64,000 nt of DNA, taken from NCBI RefSeq assembly GCF_009914755.1, contig NC_060948.1; one strand, 5' to 3'. Under the pieces are notes generated by a model, which saw nothing but the letters and a program-made list of their open reading frames with translations, did no database searches and was not told the DNA's origin. Below, piece by piece: positions 13,025 through 27,233 of this stretch. The stretch's first letter is position 1. Each line of letters begins with the position of its first letter. A program made the translations under genes and the position numbers. The stretch comes from the human T2T-CHM13v2.0 reference genome, Homo sapiens.

Positions 13025-16000
13025 GGTCTGGAATAAAGTGGAATGCTACGGTCTCAATGGAATAAAAATGTATGGAATGGAATGCAATGAAACGGAATCG
13101 AATGTCATAGAATGTAATGGAATGCAAAAAAATGGAATCCAAAATCATTGACTGGAAAGGCTGGGTGTCGAAAGGAATTGACTCCAATGGAATGGAATCG
13201 AATGGAATGGAAGTGAATAGAATCGAACTAAATCGAATGGAATGGAATTGATAGGAACGGAATGGAAAGGAATGCAATGATTTGGCATGGAATGGAATCG
13301 AATGGCATCGAATGGAATGGAATGGAATGCAATGGAATGGAATGTATTAGAATAAAATGAACTTTAATGGAATGTACTCGAATGGATTCGACTGGAATGG
13401 AATGTTCTGGAAGTGAATGGACTCCAATGGAATGGATTCAAAAGGAATGGAATCGTACGGAATGGAATCTAATGGAATGGAATTAAATGGAAATGAATCA
13501 AATTGAATAGCACGGAATTGAATTGAATGGAATGGAATGCAATGGAATCTAATGAAACGGAAAGGAAAGGAATGGAATGGAATGGAATGGACTGGAATGG
13601 AAAGGAATCGAAACGAATGGATTGGAATCGAACTGAAGAGACTGGAATAGAATGCACTGGAATGGATGGGAGTGTAATGGAAGGTTCTCGAAAAAAATGG
13701 AATCGAATGGAATGGAATTGAATGGAACGGAATAGAGTCGAATGGAATTGAATGGAATGGAATGGACTAGAGTGAAATGGAATCGAACCACAAGGAATGG
13801 ACAGGAATAGAATGGTCTCGAATTGAATGGAATCGTATGGAATGGCATCAAACGGAATGGAATGGACAGCCACGGAATGGAATGCACTCGAATGCAATGG
13901 AGTCGAAACTAATGGACTGGAATAGAATGGACTCGACTGGTACGGACTCCAATGGAATGGAATCGAATGGAAGGGAATCGAACGGAATGGACTCGAAGGG
14001 AAAAGACTGCAATGGAAAGGTCTCGAATGGAATGGAAATTAATGGAATGGAATGGAATCGAATGAAATGGAGTCAAAAGTAATGGAATCGAATGGCAAGA
14101 AATCGAATGTAATGGAATCGCAAGGAATTGATGTGAACGGAACGGAATGGAATGGAATCCAAAGGAATGGAATAGAATGGAATGGAATCGAATGGAAAGG
14201 ACTCGAATGGAAATCACTCGAATAGAATGCAATTTAATAAAATAGGATCAAATGTAATGGAATGGAATGGAAAGGAATCGAAACGAAAGGAATGGAGACA
14301 GATGGAATGGAATGGAACAGAGAGCAATGGTATAGAATGGAATGGAATCATCTGGAATGGAATTGAATGGAATGGAATAATATGAAATGGAATGGAATGG
14401 AATGGAATGGAATGCCCTTGAATTAAATGGACTGGAATGGAATGGACTTGAACAGAGTGGAATGGAAAGTGTTGAGATAGAATGGAATGGACTCCTTTGG
14501 AATGGTCTAGTATGCAATGCAATCGACTGGTAGGGAATCAAAAGGAATGTAATCGAATGGATTGGACTGGAATGCAATGGACTCGAATAGATTGGAAACG
14601 GAATGCAAAGGAATGGAATGGAATAGTATGGAATGGAATGGAAAGGAATGGAGTGGAATAGACTAGAGTGGAATGGAATAGACTGGAAAGCAATGGACTG
14701 GAATGGAACTTTCTTGAATGGACTGGAATCAAACGGAATGGAATGGAATGCAATCAAATGGCATGGAATAAAATAGAATGAAAGAGAATCAAATGGAATT
14801 GAATCGAATGGAATCGAATGGATTGGAAAGGAATAGAATGGAATGGAATGGAATTGACTCAAATGGAATGGACTAGAATGGAATGGATTCGAATGGAAGG
14901 CAAAGGAATGGAATCTATTGGAATGGACTGTAATGGAATGGAATGGAAGGGATTGGAATGGACTCGAATGGAATGGACTGCAATAGAAAGGATTCGAATG
15001 GAATGAAAAAGAATTGAATGGAATAGAACAGAATGGAATCAAATCGAATGAAATGGAATGGAATAGAAAGGAATGGAATGAAATGGAATGGAAAGGATTC
15101 GAATGGAATGCAATCGAATGGAATGGAATCGAACGGAATGGAATAAAATGGAAGAAAACTGGCAAGAAATGGAATCGAAATGAATGGAGTGTTATGGAAC
15201 GGACTCAAAAGGAATTGAATGTAATAGAATGGAGTGGAGTGGACTCGAATATAATGGACTGGAATGGAATGAAATCACATGGAATGGGAACGAATGGAAT
15301 GGAATGGAAAGGAATGGAATCGAATGGAAAGGAATCGAATGGAAGGGAATGAAATTGAATCAACAGGAATGGAAGGGAATAGAATAGACGGTAATGGAAT
15401 GGACTCGAATAGAATGGACACGAATGCTCAAATTGAATGGACTCGAATGGAATGGAAACGAAAGGAATGTCATCGAATGGAATTGAATCGATTGGAATGA
15501 AATCGCATAGAATGGAGTGGAATCAAATGGAATTGAATCGAAAGGAAAGGAAGCGAATGGACTGAAATGAAATGGAATGGAATTGAATGGAAAGTAATGC
15601 AATGGAATAGAATGGAACGAAATTTCACGGAATGGAATCAAACTGAATGGAATCAAATAAATGGAATCAAATCAAATGGAATGGAAAGGAATTGAATGGA
15701 GTAGATTGGATTGGATGGGATTGGAATGAAATGTACTGGAAAGGACTCGAATTTCATGAAACGGAATGGAATGAATTGGAACGGAATGGACTCGAATGGA
15801 ATGGAATGTCATGGAATGGCATCAAATGGAATGGCATCAAATGGAATGGAATCGAATGCAATGGAATGCTATGGAATGGAATGGAATGCATTGGAATGGA
15901 ATGTCCTCTAATGGAATGGATTCGAGTGGAATGGAATCGAATATAATGGAGTCGAATGAAATGGAATTGAAAGGAATGGGATCGAATCGAATGGAATATA

Positions 16001-16597
16001 CTGGAATGTAATGTAATGAACTCGAATGTAATTGACTGGAATGGAATGTACATGAATGGAAGGTAATCGAATGGAAAGTAATCCAATGGAATAGAATCTA
16101 ATGCAATAAAACCGACTCAGATAGAGTAGAATGTAATGGAATGGAGTGCAGTGCAATGGAATGGAATGGAATTGAATGCAATGGAATGGAATGGAATGGA
16201 ATGGAATGGAATGGAATGGAATGGAATGGAATGGGATGGAATGGTATGGAATGGATAGTAATGGACTGGAGTGAAATGGACTGGAAAGGAATGGACTCAA
16301 ATTGAAAGGGCTCGAAAGGAATGGAGTCAAATGGAATGGTCTGGAATGGAATGAACACGAATGTAATGCAATCCAATAGAATGGAATCGAATGGCATGGA
16401 ATATAAAGAAATGGAATCGAAGAGAATGGAAACAAATGGAATGGAATTGAATGGAATGGAATTGAATGGAATGGGAACGAATGGAGTGACATTGTATGCA
16501 GTAGAAGGGAATAGAATGGAATGCAAGCGAAAGGAAAGGAATGGATTGGAATGGAATGGAATTCATTGGAATGGAAGGGAATGTAGTGTAATGGACA
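13025..16597 (+). repeat. DYZ1 unit, 3573 bp (HaeIII site lost)
   Basis: gacaggtctgg at 13021; GGCC at 16598; 1-bp deletion near 13056. Confidence 0.9.
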
Positions 16598-19500
16598 GGC
16601 CTGGAATAAAGTGGAATGCTACGGTCTCGAATGGAATAAAAATGTATGGAATGGAATGCAATGAAATGGAATCGAATGTCATCGAATGTAATGGAATGCA
16701 ACAAAATGGAATCCAATATCATTGACAGGAAAGGCTGGGTGTCGAAAGGAATTGACTCCAATGGAATGGAATCGAATGGAATGGAAGTGAATAGAATCGA
16801 ACTAAATCGAATGGAATGGAATTGATAGGAACGGAATGGAAAGGAATGCAATGATTTGGCATGGAATGGAATCGAATGGCATCGAATGGAATGGAATGGA
16901 ATGCAATGGAATGGAATGTATTAGAATGTAATGAACTTTAATGGAATGTACTCGAATGGATTCGACTGGAATGGAATGTTCTGGAAGTGAATGGACTCCA
17001 ATGGAATGGATTCCAAAGGAATGGAATCGTACGGAATGGAATCTAATGGAATGGAATTAAATGGAAATGAATCAAATTGAATAGCACGGAATTGAATTGA
17101 ATGGAATGGAATGCAATGGAATCTAATGAAACGGAAAGGAAAGGAATGGAATGGGCTGGAATGGAAACGAATCGAAACGAATGGAATGGAATCGAACTGA
17201 AGAGACTGGAATGGAATGCACTGGAATGGAAGGGAGTGTAATGGAAGGTTCTCGAAAAAAATGGAATCGAATGGAATGGAATTGAATGGAACGGAATAGA
17301 GTCGAATGGAATTGAATGGAATGGAATGGACTAGAGTGAAATGGAATCGAACCACAAGGAATGGACAGGAATAGAATGGTCTCGAATTGAATGGAATTGT
17401 ATGGAATGGCATCAAACGGAATGGAATGGACAGCCACGGAATGGAATGCACTCGAATGCAATGGAGTCGAAACTAACGGACTGGAATAGAATGGACTCGA
17501 CTGGTACGGACTCCAATGGAATGGAATCGAATGGAAGGGAATCGAACGGAATGGACTCGAAGGGAAAAGACTGCAATGGAAAGGTCTCGAATGGAATGGA
17601 AATTAATGGAATGGAATGGAATCGAATGAAATGGAGTCAAAAGGAATGGAATCGAATGGCAAGAAATCGAATGTAATGGAATCGCAAGGAATTGATGTGA
17701 ACGGAACGGAATGGAATGGAACCCAAAGGAATGGAATAGAATGGAATGGAATCGAATGGAAAGGACTCGAATGGAAATCACTCGAATAGAATGCAATTTA
17801 ATAAAATAGGATCAAATGTAATTGAATGGAATGGAAAGGAATCGAAACGAAAGGAATGGAGACAGATGGAATGGAATGGAACAGAGAGCAATGGTATAGA
17901 ATGGAATGGAATCATCTGGAATGGAATTGAATGGAATGGAATAATATGAAATGGAATGGAATGGAATGGAATGGAATGCCCTTGAATTAAATGGACTGGA
18001 ATGGAATGGACTCGAACAGAGTGGAATGGAAAGTGTTGAGATAGAATGGAATGGACTCCTTTGGAATGGTGTAGAATGCAATGCAATCGACTGGCAGGGA
18101 ATCAAAAGGAATGTAATGGAATGGACTGGACTGGAATGCAATGGACTCGAATAGATTGGAAACGGAATGCAAAGGAATGGAATGGAATAGTATGGAATGG
18201 AATGGAAAGGAATGGAGTGGAATAGAATAGAGTGGAATGGAATGGACTGGAAAGCAATGGACTGGAATGGAACTTTCTTGAATGGACTGGAATCAAACGG
18301 AATGGAATGCAATGCAATCAAATGGCATGGAATAAAATAGAATGAAAGAGAATCAAATGGAATTGAATCGAATGGAATCGAATGGATTGGAAAGGAATAG
18401 AATGGAATGGAATGGAATGGACTCAAATGGAATGGACTACAATGGAATGGATTCGAATGGAAGGCAAAGGAATGGAATCTATTGGAATGGACTGCAATGG
18501 AATGGAATGGAAGGGATTGGAATGGACTCGAATGGAATGGACTGCAATAGAAAGGATTCGAATGGAATGAAAAAGAATTGAATGGAATAGAACAGAATGG
18601 AATCAAATCGAATGAAATGGAATGGAATAGAAAGGAATGGAATGAAATGGAATGGAAAGGATTCGAATGGAATGCAATCGAATGGAATGGAATCGAACGG
18701 AATGGAATAAAATGGAAGAAAACTGGCAAGAAATGGAATCGAAATGAATGGAGTGTTATGGAACGGACTCAAAAGGAATTGAATGTAATAGAATGGAGTG
18801 GAGTGGATTCGAATATAATGGACTGGAATGGAATGAAATCACATGGAATGGGAACGAATGGAATGGAAAGGAATGGAATCGAATGGAAAGGAATCGAATG
18901 GAAGGGAATGAAATTGAATCAACAGGAATGGAAGGGAATAGAATAGACGGTAATGGAATGGACTCGAATAGAATGGACACGAATGCTCAAATTGAATGGA
19001 CTCGAATGGAATGGAAACGAAAGGAATGTCATCGAATGGAATTGAATCGATTGGAATGAAATCGCATAGAATGGAGTGGAATCAAATGGAATTGAATCGA
19101 AAGGAAAGGAAGCGAATGGACTGAAATGAAATGGAATGGAATTGAATGGAAAGTAATGCAATGGAATAGAATGGAACGAAATTTCACGGAATGGAATCAA
19201 ACTGAATGGAATCAAATCAATGGAATCAAATCAAATGGAATGGAAAGGAATTGAATGGAGTAGATTGGATTGGATGGGATTGGAATGAAATGTACTGGAA
19301 AGGACTCGAATTTCATGAAACGGAATAGAATGAATTGGAACGGAATGGACTCGAATGGAATGGAATGTCATGGAATGGCATCAAATGGAATGGAATGGAA
19401 TGCAATGGAATGCTATGGAATGGAATGGAATGCATTGGAATGGAATGTCCTCTAATGGAATGGATTCGAGTGGAATGGAATCGAATATAATGGAGTCGAA

Positions 19501-20126
19501 TGAAATGGAATTGAAAGGAATGGGATCGAATACAATGGAATATACTGGAATGTAATGTAATGAACTCGAATGTAATTGACTGGAATGGAATGTACATGAA
19601 TGGAATGTAATCGAATGGAAAGTAATCCAATGGAATAGAATCTAATGCAATAAAATCGACTCAGATAGAGTAGAATGTAATGGAATGGAGTGCAGTGCAA
19701 TGGAATGGAATGGAATGGAATGCAATTGAATGGAATGGAATGGAATGCAATGGAATGGAATGGGATGGAATGGTATGGAATGGATAGTAATGGACTGGAG
19801 TGAAATGGACTGGAAAGGAATGGACTCAAATTGAAAGGGCTCGAAAGGAATGGAGTCAAATGGAATGGTCTGGAATGGAATGAACACGAATGTAATGCAA
19901 TCCAATAGAATGGAATCGAATGGCATGGAATATAAAGAAATGGAATCGGAGAGAATGGAAACAAATGGAATGGAATTGAATGGAATGGAATTGAATGGAA
20001 TGGGAACGAATGGAGTGAAATTGTATGCAGTAGAAGGGAATAGAATGGAATGCAAGCGAAAGGAAAGGAATGGATTGGAATGGAATGGAATTCATTGGAA
20101 TGGAAGGGAATGTAGTGTAATGGACA
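16598..20126 (+). repeat. DYZ1 unit, 3529 bp
   Basis: GGCC at 16598 and 20127. Confidence 0.9.
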
Positions 20127-23100
20127 GGCCTGGAATAAAGTGGAATGCTACGGTCTCGAATGGAATAAAAATGTATGGAATGGAATGCAATGAAATGGAA
20201 TCGAATGTCATAGAATGTAATGGAATGCAACAAAATGGAATCCAAAATCATTGACTGGAAAGGCTGGGTGTCGAAAGGAATTGACTCCAATGGAATGGAA
20301 TCGAATGGAATGGAAGTGAATAGAATCGAACTAAATCGAATGGAATGGAATTGATAGGAACGGAATGGAAAGGAATGCAATGATTTGGCATGGAATGGAA
20401 TCGAATGGCATCGAATGGAATGGAATGGAATGCAATGGAATGGAATGTATTAGAATGTAATGAACTTTAATGGAATGTACTCGAATGGATTCCACTGGAA
20501 TGGAATGTTCTGGAAGTGAATGGACTCCAATGGAATGGATTCCAAAGGAATGGAATCGTACGGAATGGAATCTAATGGAATGGAATTAAATGGAAATGAA
20601 TCAAATTGAATAGCACGGAATTGAATTGAATGGAATGGAATGCAATGGAATCTAATGAAACGGAAAGGAAAGGAATGGAATGGAATGGAATGGGCTGGAA
20701 TGGAAAGGAATCGAAACGAATGGAATGGAATCGAACTGAAGAGACTGGAATGGAATGCACTGGAATGGAAGGGAGTGTAATGGAAGGTTCTCGAAAAAAA
20801 TGGAATCGAATGGAATGGAATTGAATGGAACGGAATAGAGTCGAATGGAATTGAATGGAATGGAATGGACTAGAGTGAAATGGAATCGAACCACAAGGAA
20901 TGGAGAGGAATAGAATGGTCTCGAATTGAATGGAATCGTATGGAATGGCATCAAAAGGAATGGAATGGACAGCCACGGAATGGAATGCACTCGAATGCAA
21001 TGGAGTCGAAACTAATGGACTGGAATAGAATGGACTCGACTGGTACGGACTCCAATGGAATGGAATCGAATGGAAGGGAATCGAACGGAATGGACTCGAA
21101 GGGAAAAGACTGCAATGGAAAGGTCTCGAATGGAATGGAAATTAATGGAATGGAATGGAATCGAATGAAATGGAGTCAAAAGGAATGGAATCGAATGGCA
21201 AGAAATCGAATGTAATGGAATCGCAAGGAATTGATGTGAACGGAACGGAATGGAATGGAATCCAAAGGAATGGAATAGAATGGAATGGAATCGAATGGAA
21301 AGGACTCGAATGGAAATCACTCGAATAGAATGCAATTTAATAAAATAGGATCAAATGTAATGGAATGGAATGGAAAGGAATCGAAACGAAAGGAATGGAG
21401 ACAGATGGAATGGAATGGAACAGAGAGCAATGGTATAGAATGGAATGGAATCATCTGGAATGGAATTGAATGGAATGGAATAATATGAAATGGAATGGAA
21501 TGGAATGGAATGGAATGCCCTTGAATTAAATGGACTGGACTCGAACAGAGTGGAATGGAAAGTGTTGAGATAGAATGGAATGGACTCCTTTGGAATGGTG
21601 TAGTATGCAATGCAATCGACTGGCATGGAATCAAAAGGAATGTAATGGAATGGATTGGACTGGAATGCAATGGACTCGAATAGATTGGAAACGGAATGCA
21701 AAGGAATGGAATGGAATAGTATGGAATTTAATGGAAAGGAATGGAGTGGAATAGACTAGAGTGGAATGGAATGGACTGGAAAGCAATGGACTGGAATGGA
21801 ACTTTCTTGAATGGACTGGAATCAAACGGAATGGAATGCAATGCAATCAAATGGCATGGAATAAAATAGAATGAAAGAGAATCAAATGGAATTGAATCGA
21901 ATGGAATCGAATGGATTGGAAAGGAATAGAATGGAATGGAATGGAATTGACTCAAATGGAATGGACTAGAATGGAATGGATTCGAATGGAAGGCAAAGGA
22001 ATGGAATCTACTGGAATGGACTGTAATGGAATGGAATGGAAGGGATTGGAATGGACTCGAATGGAATGGACTGCAATAGAAAGGATTCGAATGGAATGAA
22101 AAAGAATTGAATGGAATAGAACAGAATGGAATCAAATCGAATGAAATGGAATGGAATAGAAAGGAATGGAATGAAATGGAATGGAAAGGATTCGAATGGA
22201 ATGCAATCGAATGGAATGGAATCGAACGGAATGGAATAAAATGGAAGAAAACTGGCAAGAAATGGAATCGAAATGAATGGAGTGTTATGGAACGGACTCA
22301 AAAGGAATTGAATGTAATAGAATGGAGTGGAGTGGACTCGAATATAATGGACTGGAATGGAATGAAATCACATGGAATGGGAACGAATGGAATGGAATGG
22401 AAAGGAATGGAATCGAATGGAAAGGAATCGAATGGAAGGGAATGAAATTGAATCAACAGGAATGGAAGGGAATAGAATAGACGGTAATGGAATGGACTCG
22501 AATAGAATGGACACGAATGCTCAAATTGAATGGACTCGAATGGAATGGAAACGAAAGGAATGTCATCGAATGGAATTGAATCGATTGGAATGAAATCGCA
22601 TAGAATGGAGTGGAATCAAATGGAATTGAATCGAAAGGAAAGGAAGCGAATGGACTGAAATGAAATGGAATGGAATTGAATGGAAAGTAATGCAATGGAA
22701 TAGAATGGAACGAAATTTCACGGAATGGAATCAAACTGAATGGAATCAAATCAATGGAATCAAATCAAATGGAATGGAAAGGAATTGAATGGAGTAGATT
22801 GGATTGGATGGGATTGGAATGAAATGTACTGGAAAGGACTCGAATTTCATGAAACGGAATGGAATGAATTGGAACGGAATGGACTCGAATGGAATGGAAT
22901 GTCATGGAATGGCATCAAATGGAATGGCATCAAATGGAATGGAATCGAATGCAATGGAATGCTATGGAATGGAATGGAATGCATTGGAATGGAATGTCCT
23001 CTAATGGAATGGATTCGAGTGGAATGGAATCGAATATAATGGAGTCGAATGAAATGGAATTGAAAGGAATGGGATCGAATACAATGGAATATACTGGAAT

Positions 23101-23670
23101 GTAATGTAATGAACTCGAATGTAATTGACTGGAATGGAATGTACATGAATGGAATGTAATCGAATGGAAAGTAATCCAATGGAATAGAATCTAATGCAAT
23201 AAAATCGACTCAGATAGAGTAGAATGTAATGGAATGGAGTGCAGTGCAATGCAATGGAATGGAATGGAATGCAATGGAATGGAATGGAATGGAATGGAAT
23301 GGAATGGGATGGAATGGTAAGGAATGGATAGTAATGGACTGGAGTGAAATGGACTGGAAAGGAATGGACTCAAATTGAAAGGGCTCGAAAGGAATGGAGT
23401 CAAATGGAATGGTCTGGAATGGAATGAACACGAATGTAATGCAACCCAATAGAATGGAATCGAATGGCATGGAATATAAAGAAATGGAATCGAAGAGAAT
23501 GGAAACAAATGGAATGGAATTGAATGGAATGGAATTGAATGGAATGGGAAGGAATGGAGTGAAATTGTATGCAGTAGAAGAGAATAGAATGGAATGCAAG
23601 CGAAAGGAAAGGAATGGATTGCAATGGAATGGAATTCATTGGAATGGAAGGGAATGTAGTGTAATGGACA
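20127..23670 (+). repeat. DYZ1 unit, 3544 bp
   Basis: GGCC at 20127 and 23671. Confidence 0.9.
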
Positions 23671-26600
23671 GGCCTGGAATAAAGTGGAATGCTACGGTCT
23701 CGAATGGAATAAAAATGTATGGAATGGAATGCAATGAAACGGAATCGAATGTCATAGAATGTAATGGAATGCAAAAAAATGGAATCCAAAATCATTGACT
23801 GGAAAGGCTGGGTGTCGAAAGGAATTGACTCCAATGGAATGGAATCGAATGGAATGGAAGTGAATAGAATCGAACTAAATCGAATGGAATGGAATTGATA
23901 GGAACGGAATGGAAAGGAATGCAATGATTTGGCATGGAATGGAATCGAATGGCATCGAATGGAATGGAATGGAATGCAATGGAATGGAATGTATTAGAAT
24001 GTAATGAACTTTAATGGAATGTACTCGAATGGATTCGACTGGAATGGAATGTTCTGGAAGTGAATGGACTCCAATGGAATGGATTCCAAAGGAATGGAAT
24101 CGTACGGAATGGAATCTAATGGAATGGAATTAAATGGAAATGAATCAAATTGAATAGCACGGAATTAAATTGAATGGAATGGAATGCAATGGAATCTAAT
24201 GAATCGGAAAGGAAAGGAATGGAATGGAATGGAATGGACTGGAATGGAAAGGAATCGAAACGAATGGAATGGAATCGAACTGAAGAGACTGGAATGGAAT
24301 GCACTGGAATGGAAGGGAGTGTAATGGAAGGTTCTCGAAAAAAATGGAATCGAATGGAATGGAATTGAATGGAACGGAATAGAGTCGAATGGAATTGAAT
24401 GGAATGGAATGGACTAGAGTGAAATGGAATCGAACCACAAGGAATGGACATGAATAGAATGGTCTCGAATTGAATGGAATCGTATGGAATGGCATCAAAC
24501 GGAATGGAATGGACAGCCACGGAATGGAATGCACTCGAATGCAATGGAGTCGAAACTAATCGACTGGAATAGAATGGACTCGACTGGTACGGACTCCAAT
24601 GGAATGGAATCGAATGGAAGGGAATCGAACGGAATGGACTCGAAGGGAAAAGACTGCAATGGAAAGGTCTCGAATGGAATGGAAATTAATGGAATGGAAT
24701 GGAATCGAATGAAATGGAGTCAAAAGGAATGGAATCGAATGGCAAGAAATCGAATGTAATGGAATCACAAGAAATTGATGTGAACGGAACGGAATGGAAT
24801 GGAATCCAAAGGAATGGAATAGAATGGAATGGAATCGAATGGAAAGGACTCGAATGGAAATCACTCGAATAGAATGCAATTTAATAAAATAGGATCAAAT
24901 GTAATGGAATGGAATGGAAGGGAATCGAAACGAAAGGAATGGAGACAGATGGAATGGAATGGAACAGAGAGCAATGGTATAGAATGGAATGGAATCATCT
25001 GGAATGGAATTGAATGGCATGGAATAATATGAAATGGAATGGAATGGAATGGAATGGAATGCCCTTGAATTAAATGGACTGGAATGGAATGGACTCGAAC
25101 AGAGTGGAATGGAAAGTGTTGAGATAGAATGGAATGGACTCCTTTGGAATGGTATAGTATGCAATGCAATCGACTGGCAGGGAATCAAAAGGAATGTAAT
25201 CGAATGGATTGGACTGGAATGCAATGGACTCGAATAGATTGCAAACGGAATGCAAAGGAATGGAATGGAATAGTATGGAATGGAATGGAAAGGAATGGAG
25301 TGGAATAGACTAGAGTGGAATGGAATGGACTGGAAAGCAATGGACTGGAATGGAACTTTCTTGAATGGACTGGAATCAAACGGAATGGAATGCAATGCAA
25401 TCAAATGGCATGGAATAAAATAGAATGAAAGAGAATCAAATGGAATTGATTCGAATGGAATCGAATGGATTGGAAAGGAATAGAATGGAATGGAATGGAA
25501 TGGACTCAAATGGAATGGACTAGAATGGAATGGATTCGAATGGAAGCCAAAGAATGGAATCTATTGGAATGGACTGTAATGGAATGGAATGGAAGGGATT
25601 GGAATGGACTCGAATGGAATGGACTGCAATAGAAAGGATTCGAATGGAATGAAAAAGAATTGAATGGAATAGAACAGAATGGAATCAAATCGAATGAAAT
25701 GGAATGGAATAGAAAGGAATGGAATGAAATGGAATGGAAAGGATTCGAATGGAATGCAATCGAATGGAATGGAATCGAACGGAATGGAATAAAATGGAAG
25801 AAAACTGGCAAGAAATGGAATCGAAATGAATGGAGTGTTATGGAACGGACTCAAAAGGAATTGAATGTAATAGAATGGAGTGGAGTGGACTCGAATATAA
25901 TGGACTGGAATGGAATGAAATCACATGGAATGGGAATGAATGGAATGGAATGGAAAGGAATGGAATCGAATGGAAAGGAATCGAATGGAAGGGAATGAAA
26001 TTGAATCAACAGGAATGGAAGGGAATAGAATAGACGGTAATGGAATGGACTCGAATAGAATGGACAGGAATGCTCAAATTGAATGGACTCGAATGGAATG
26101 GAAACGAAAGGAATGTCATCGAATGGAATTGAATCGATTGGAATGAAATCGTATAGAATGGAGTGGAATCAAATGGAATTGAATCGAAAGGAAAGGAAGC
26201 AAATGGACTGAAATGAAATGGAATGGAATTGAATGGAAAGTTATGTAATGGAATAGAATGGAACGAAATTTCACGGAATGGAATCAAACTGAATGGAATC
26301 AAATCAATGGAATCAAATCAAATGGAATGGATAGGAATTGAATGGAGTAGATTGGATTGGATGGGATTGGAATGAAATGTACTGGAAAGGACTCGAATTT
26401 CATGAAACGGAATGGAATGAATTGGAACGGAACGGACTCGAATGGAATGGAATGTCATGGAATGGCATCAAATGGGATGGCATCAAATGGAATGGAATCG
26501 AATGCAATGGAATGCTATGGATTGGAATGGAATGCATTGGAATGGAATGTCCTCTAATGGAATGGATTCGAGTGGAATGGAATCGAATATAATGGAGTCG

Positions 26601-27233
26601 AATGAAATGGAATTGAAAGGAATGGGATCGAATACAATGGAATATACTGGAATGTAATGTAATGAACTCGAATGTAATTGACTGGAATGGAATGTACATG
26701 AATGGAATGTAATCGAATGGAAAGTAATCCAATGGAATAGAATCTAATGCAATAAAATCGACTCAGATAGAGTAGAATGTAATGGAATGGAGTGCAGTGC
26801 AATGGAATGGAAAGGAATGGAATGCAATGGAATGGAATGGAATGGAATGGAATGGAATGGAATGGAATGGAATGGAATGGTGTGGAATGGATAGTAATGG
26901 ACTGGAGTGAAATGGACTGGAAAGGAATGGACTCAAATTGAAAGGGCTCGAAAGGAATGGAGTCAAATGGAATGGTCTGGAATGGAATGAACACGAATGT
27001 AATGCAATCCAATAGAATGGAATCGAATGGCATGGAATATAAAGAAATGGAATCGAAGAGAATGGAAACAAATGGAATGGAATTGAGTGGAATGGAATTG
27101 AATGGAATGGGAACGAATGGAGTGAAATTGTATGCAGTAGAAGAGAATAGAATGGAATGCAAGCGAAAGGAAAGGAATGGATTGGAATGGAATGGAATTC
27201 ATTGGAATGGAAGGGAATGTAGTGTAATGGACA
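23671..27233 (+). repeat. DYZ1 unit, 3563 bp
   Basis: GGCC at 23671 and 27234; aagccaaaga 1-bp deletion near 25552. Confidence 0.9.
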
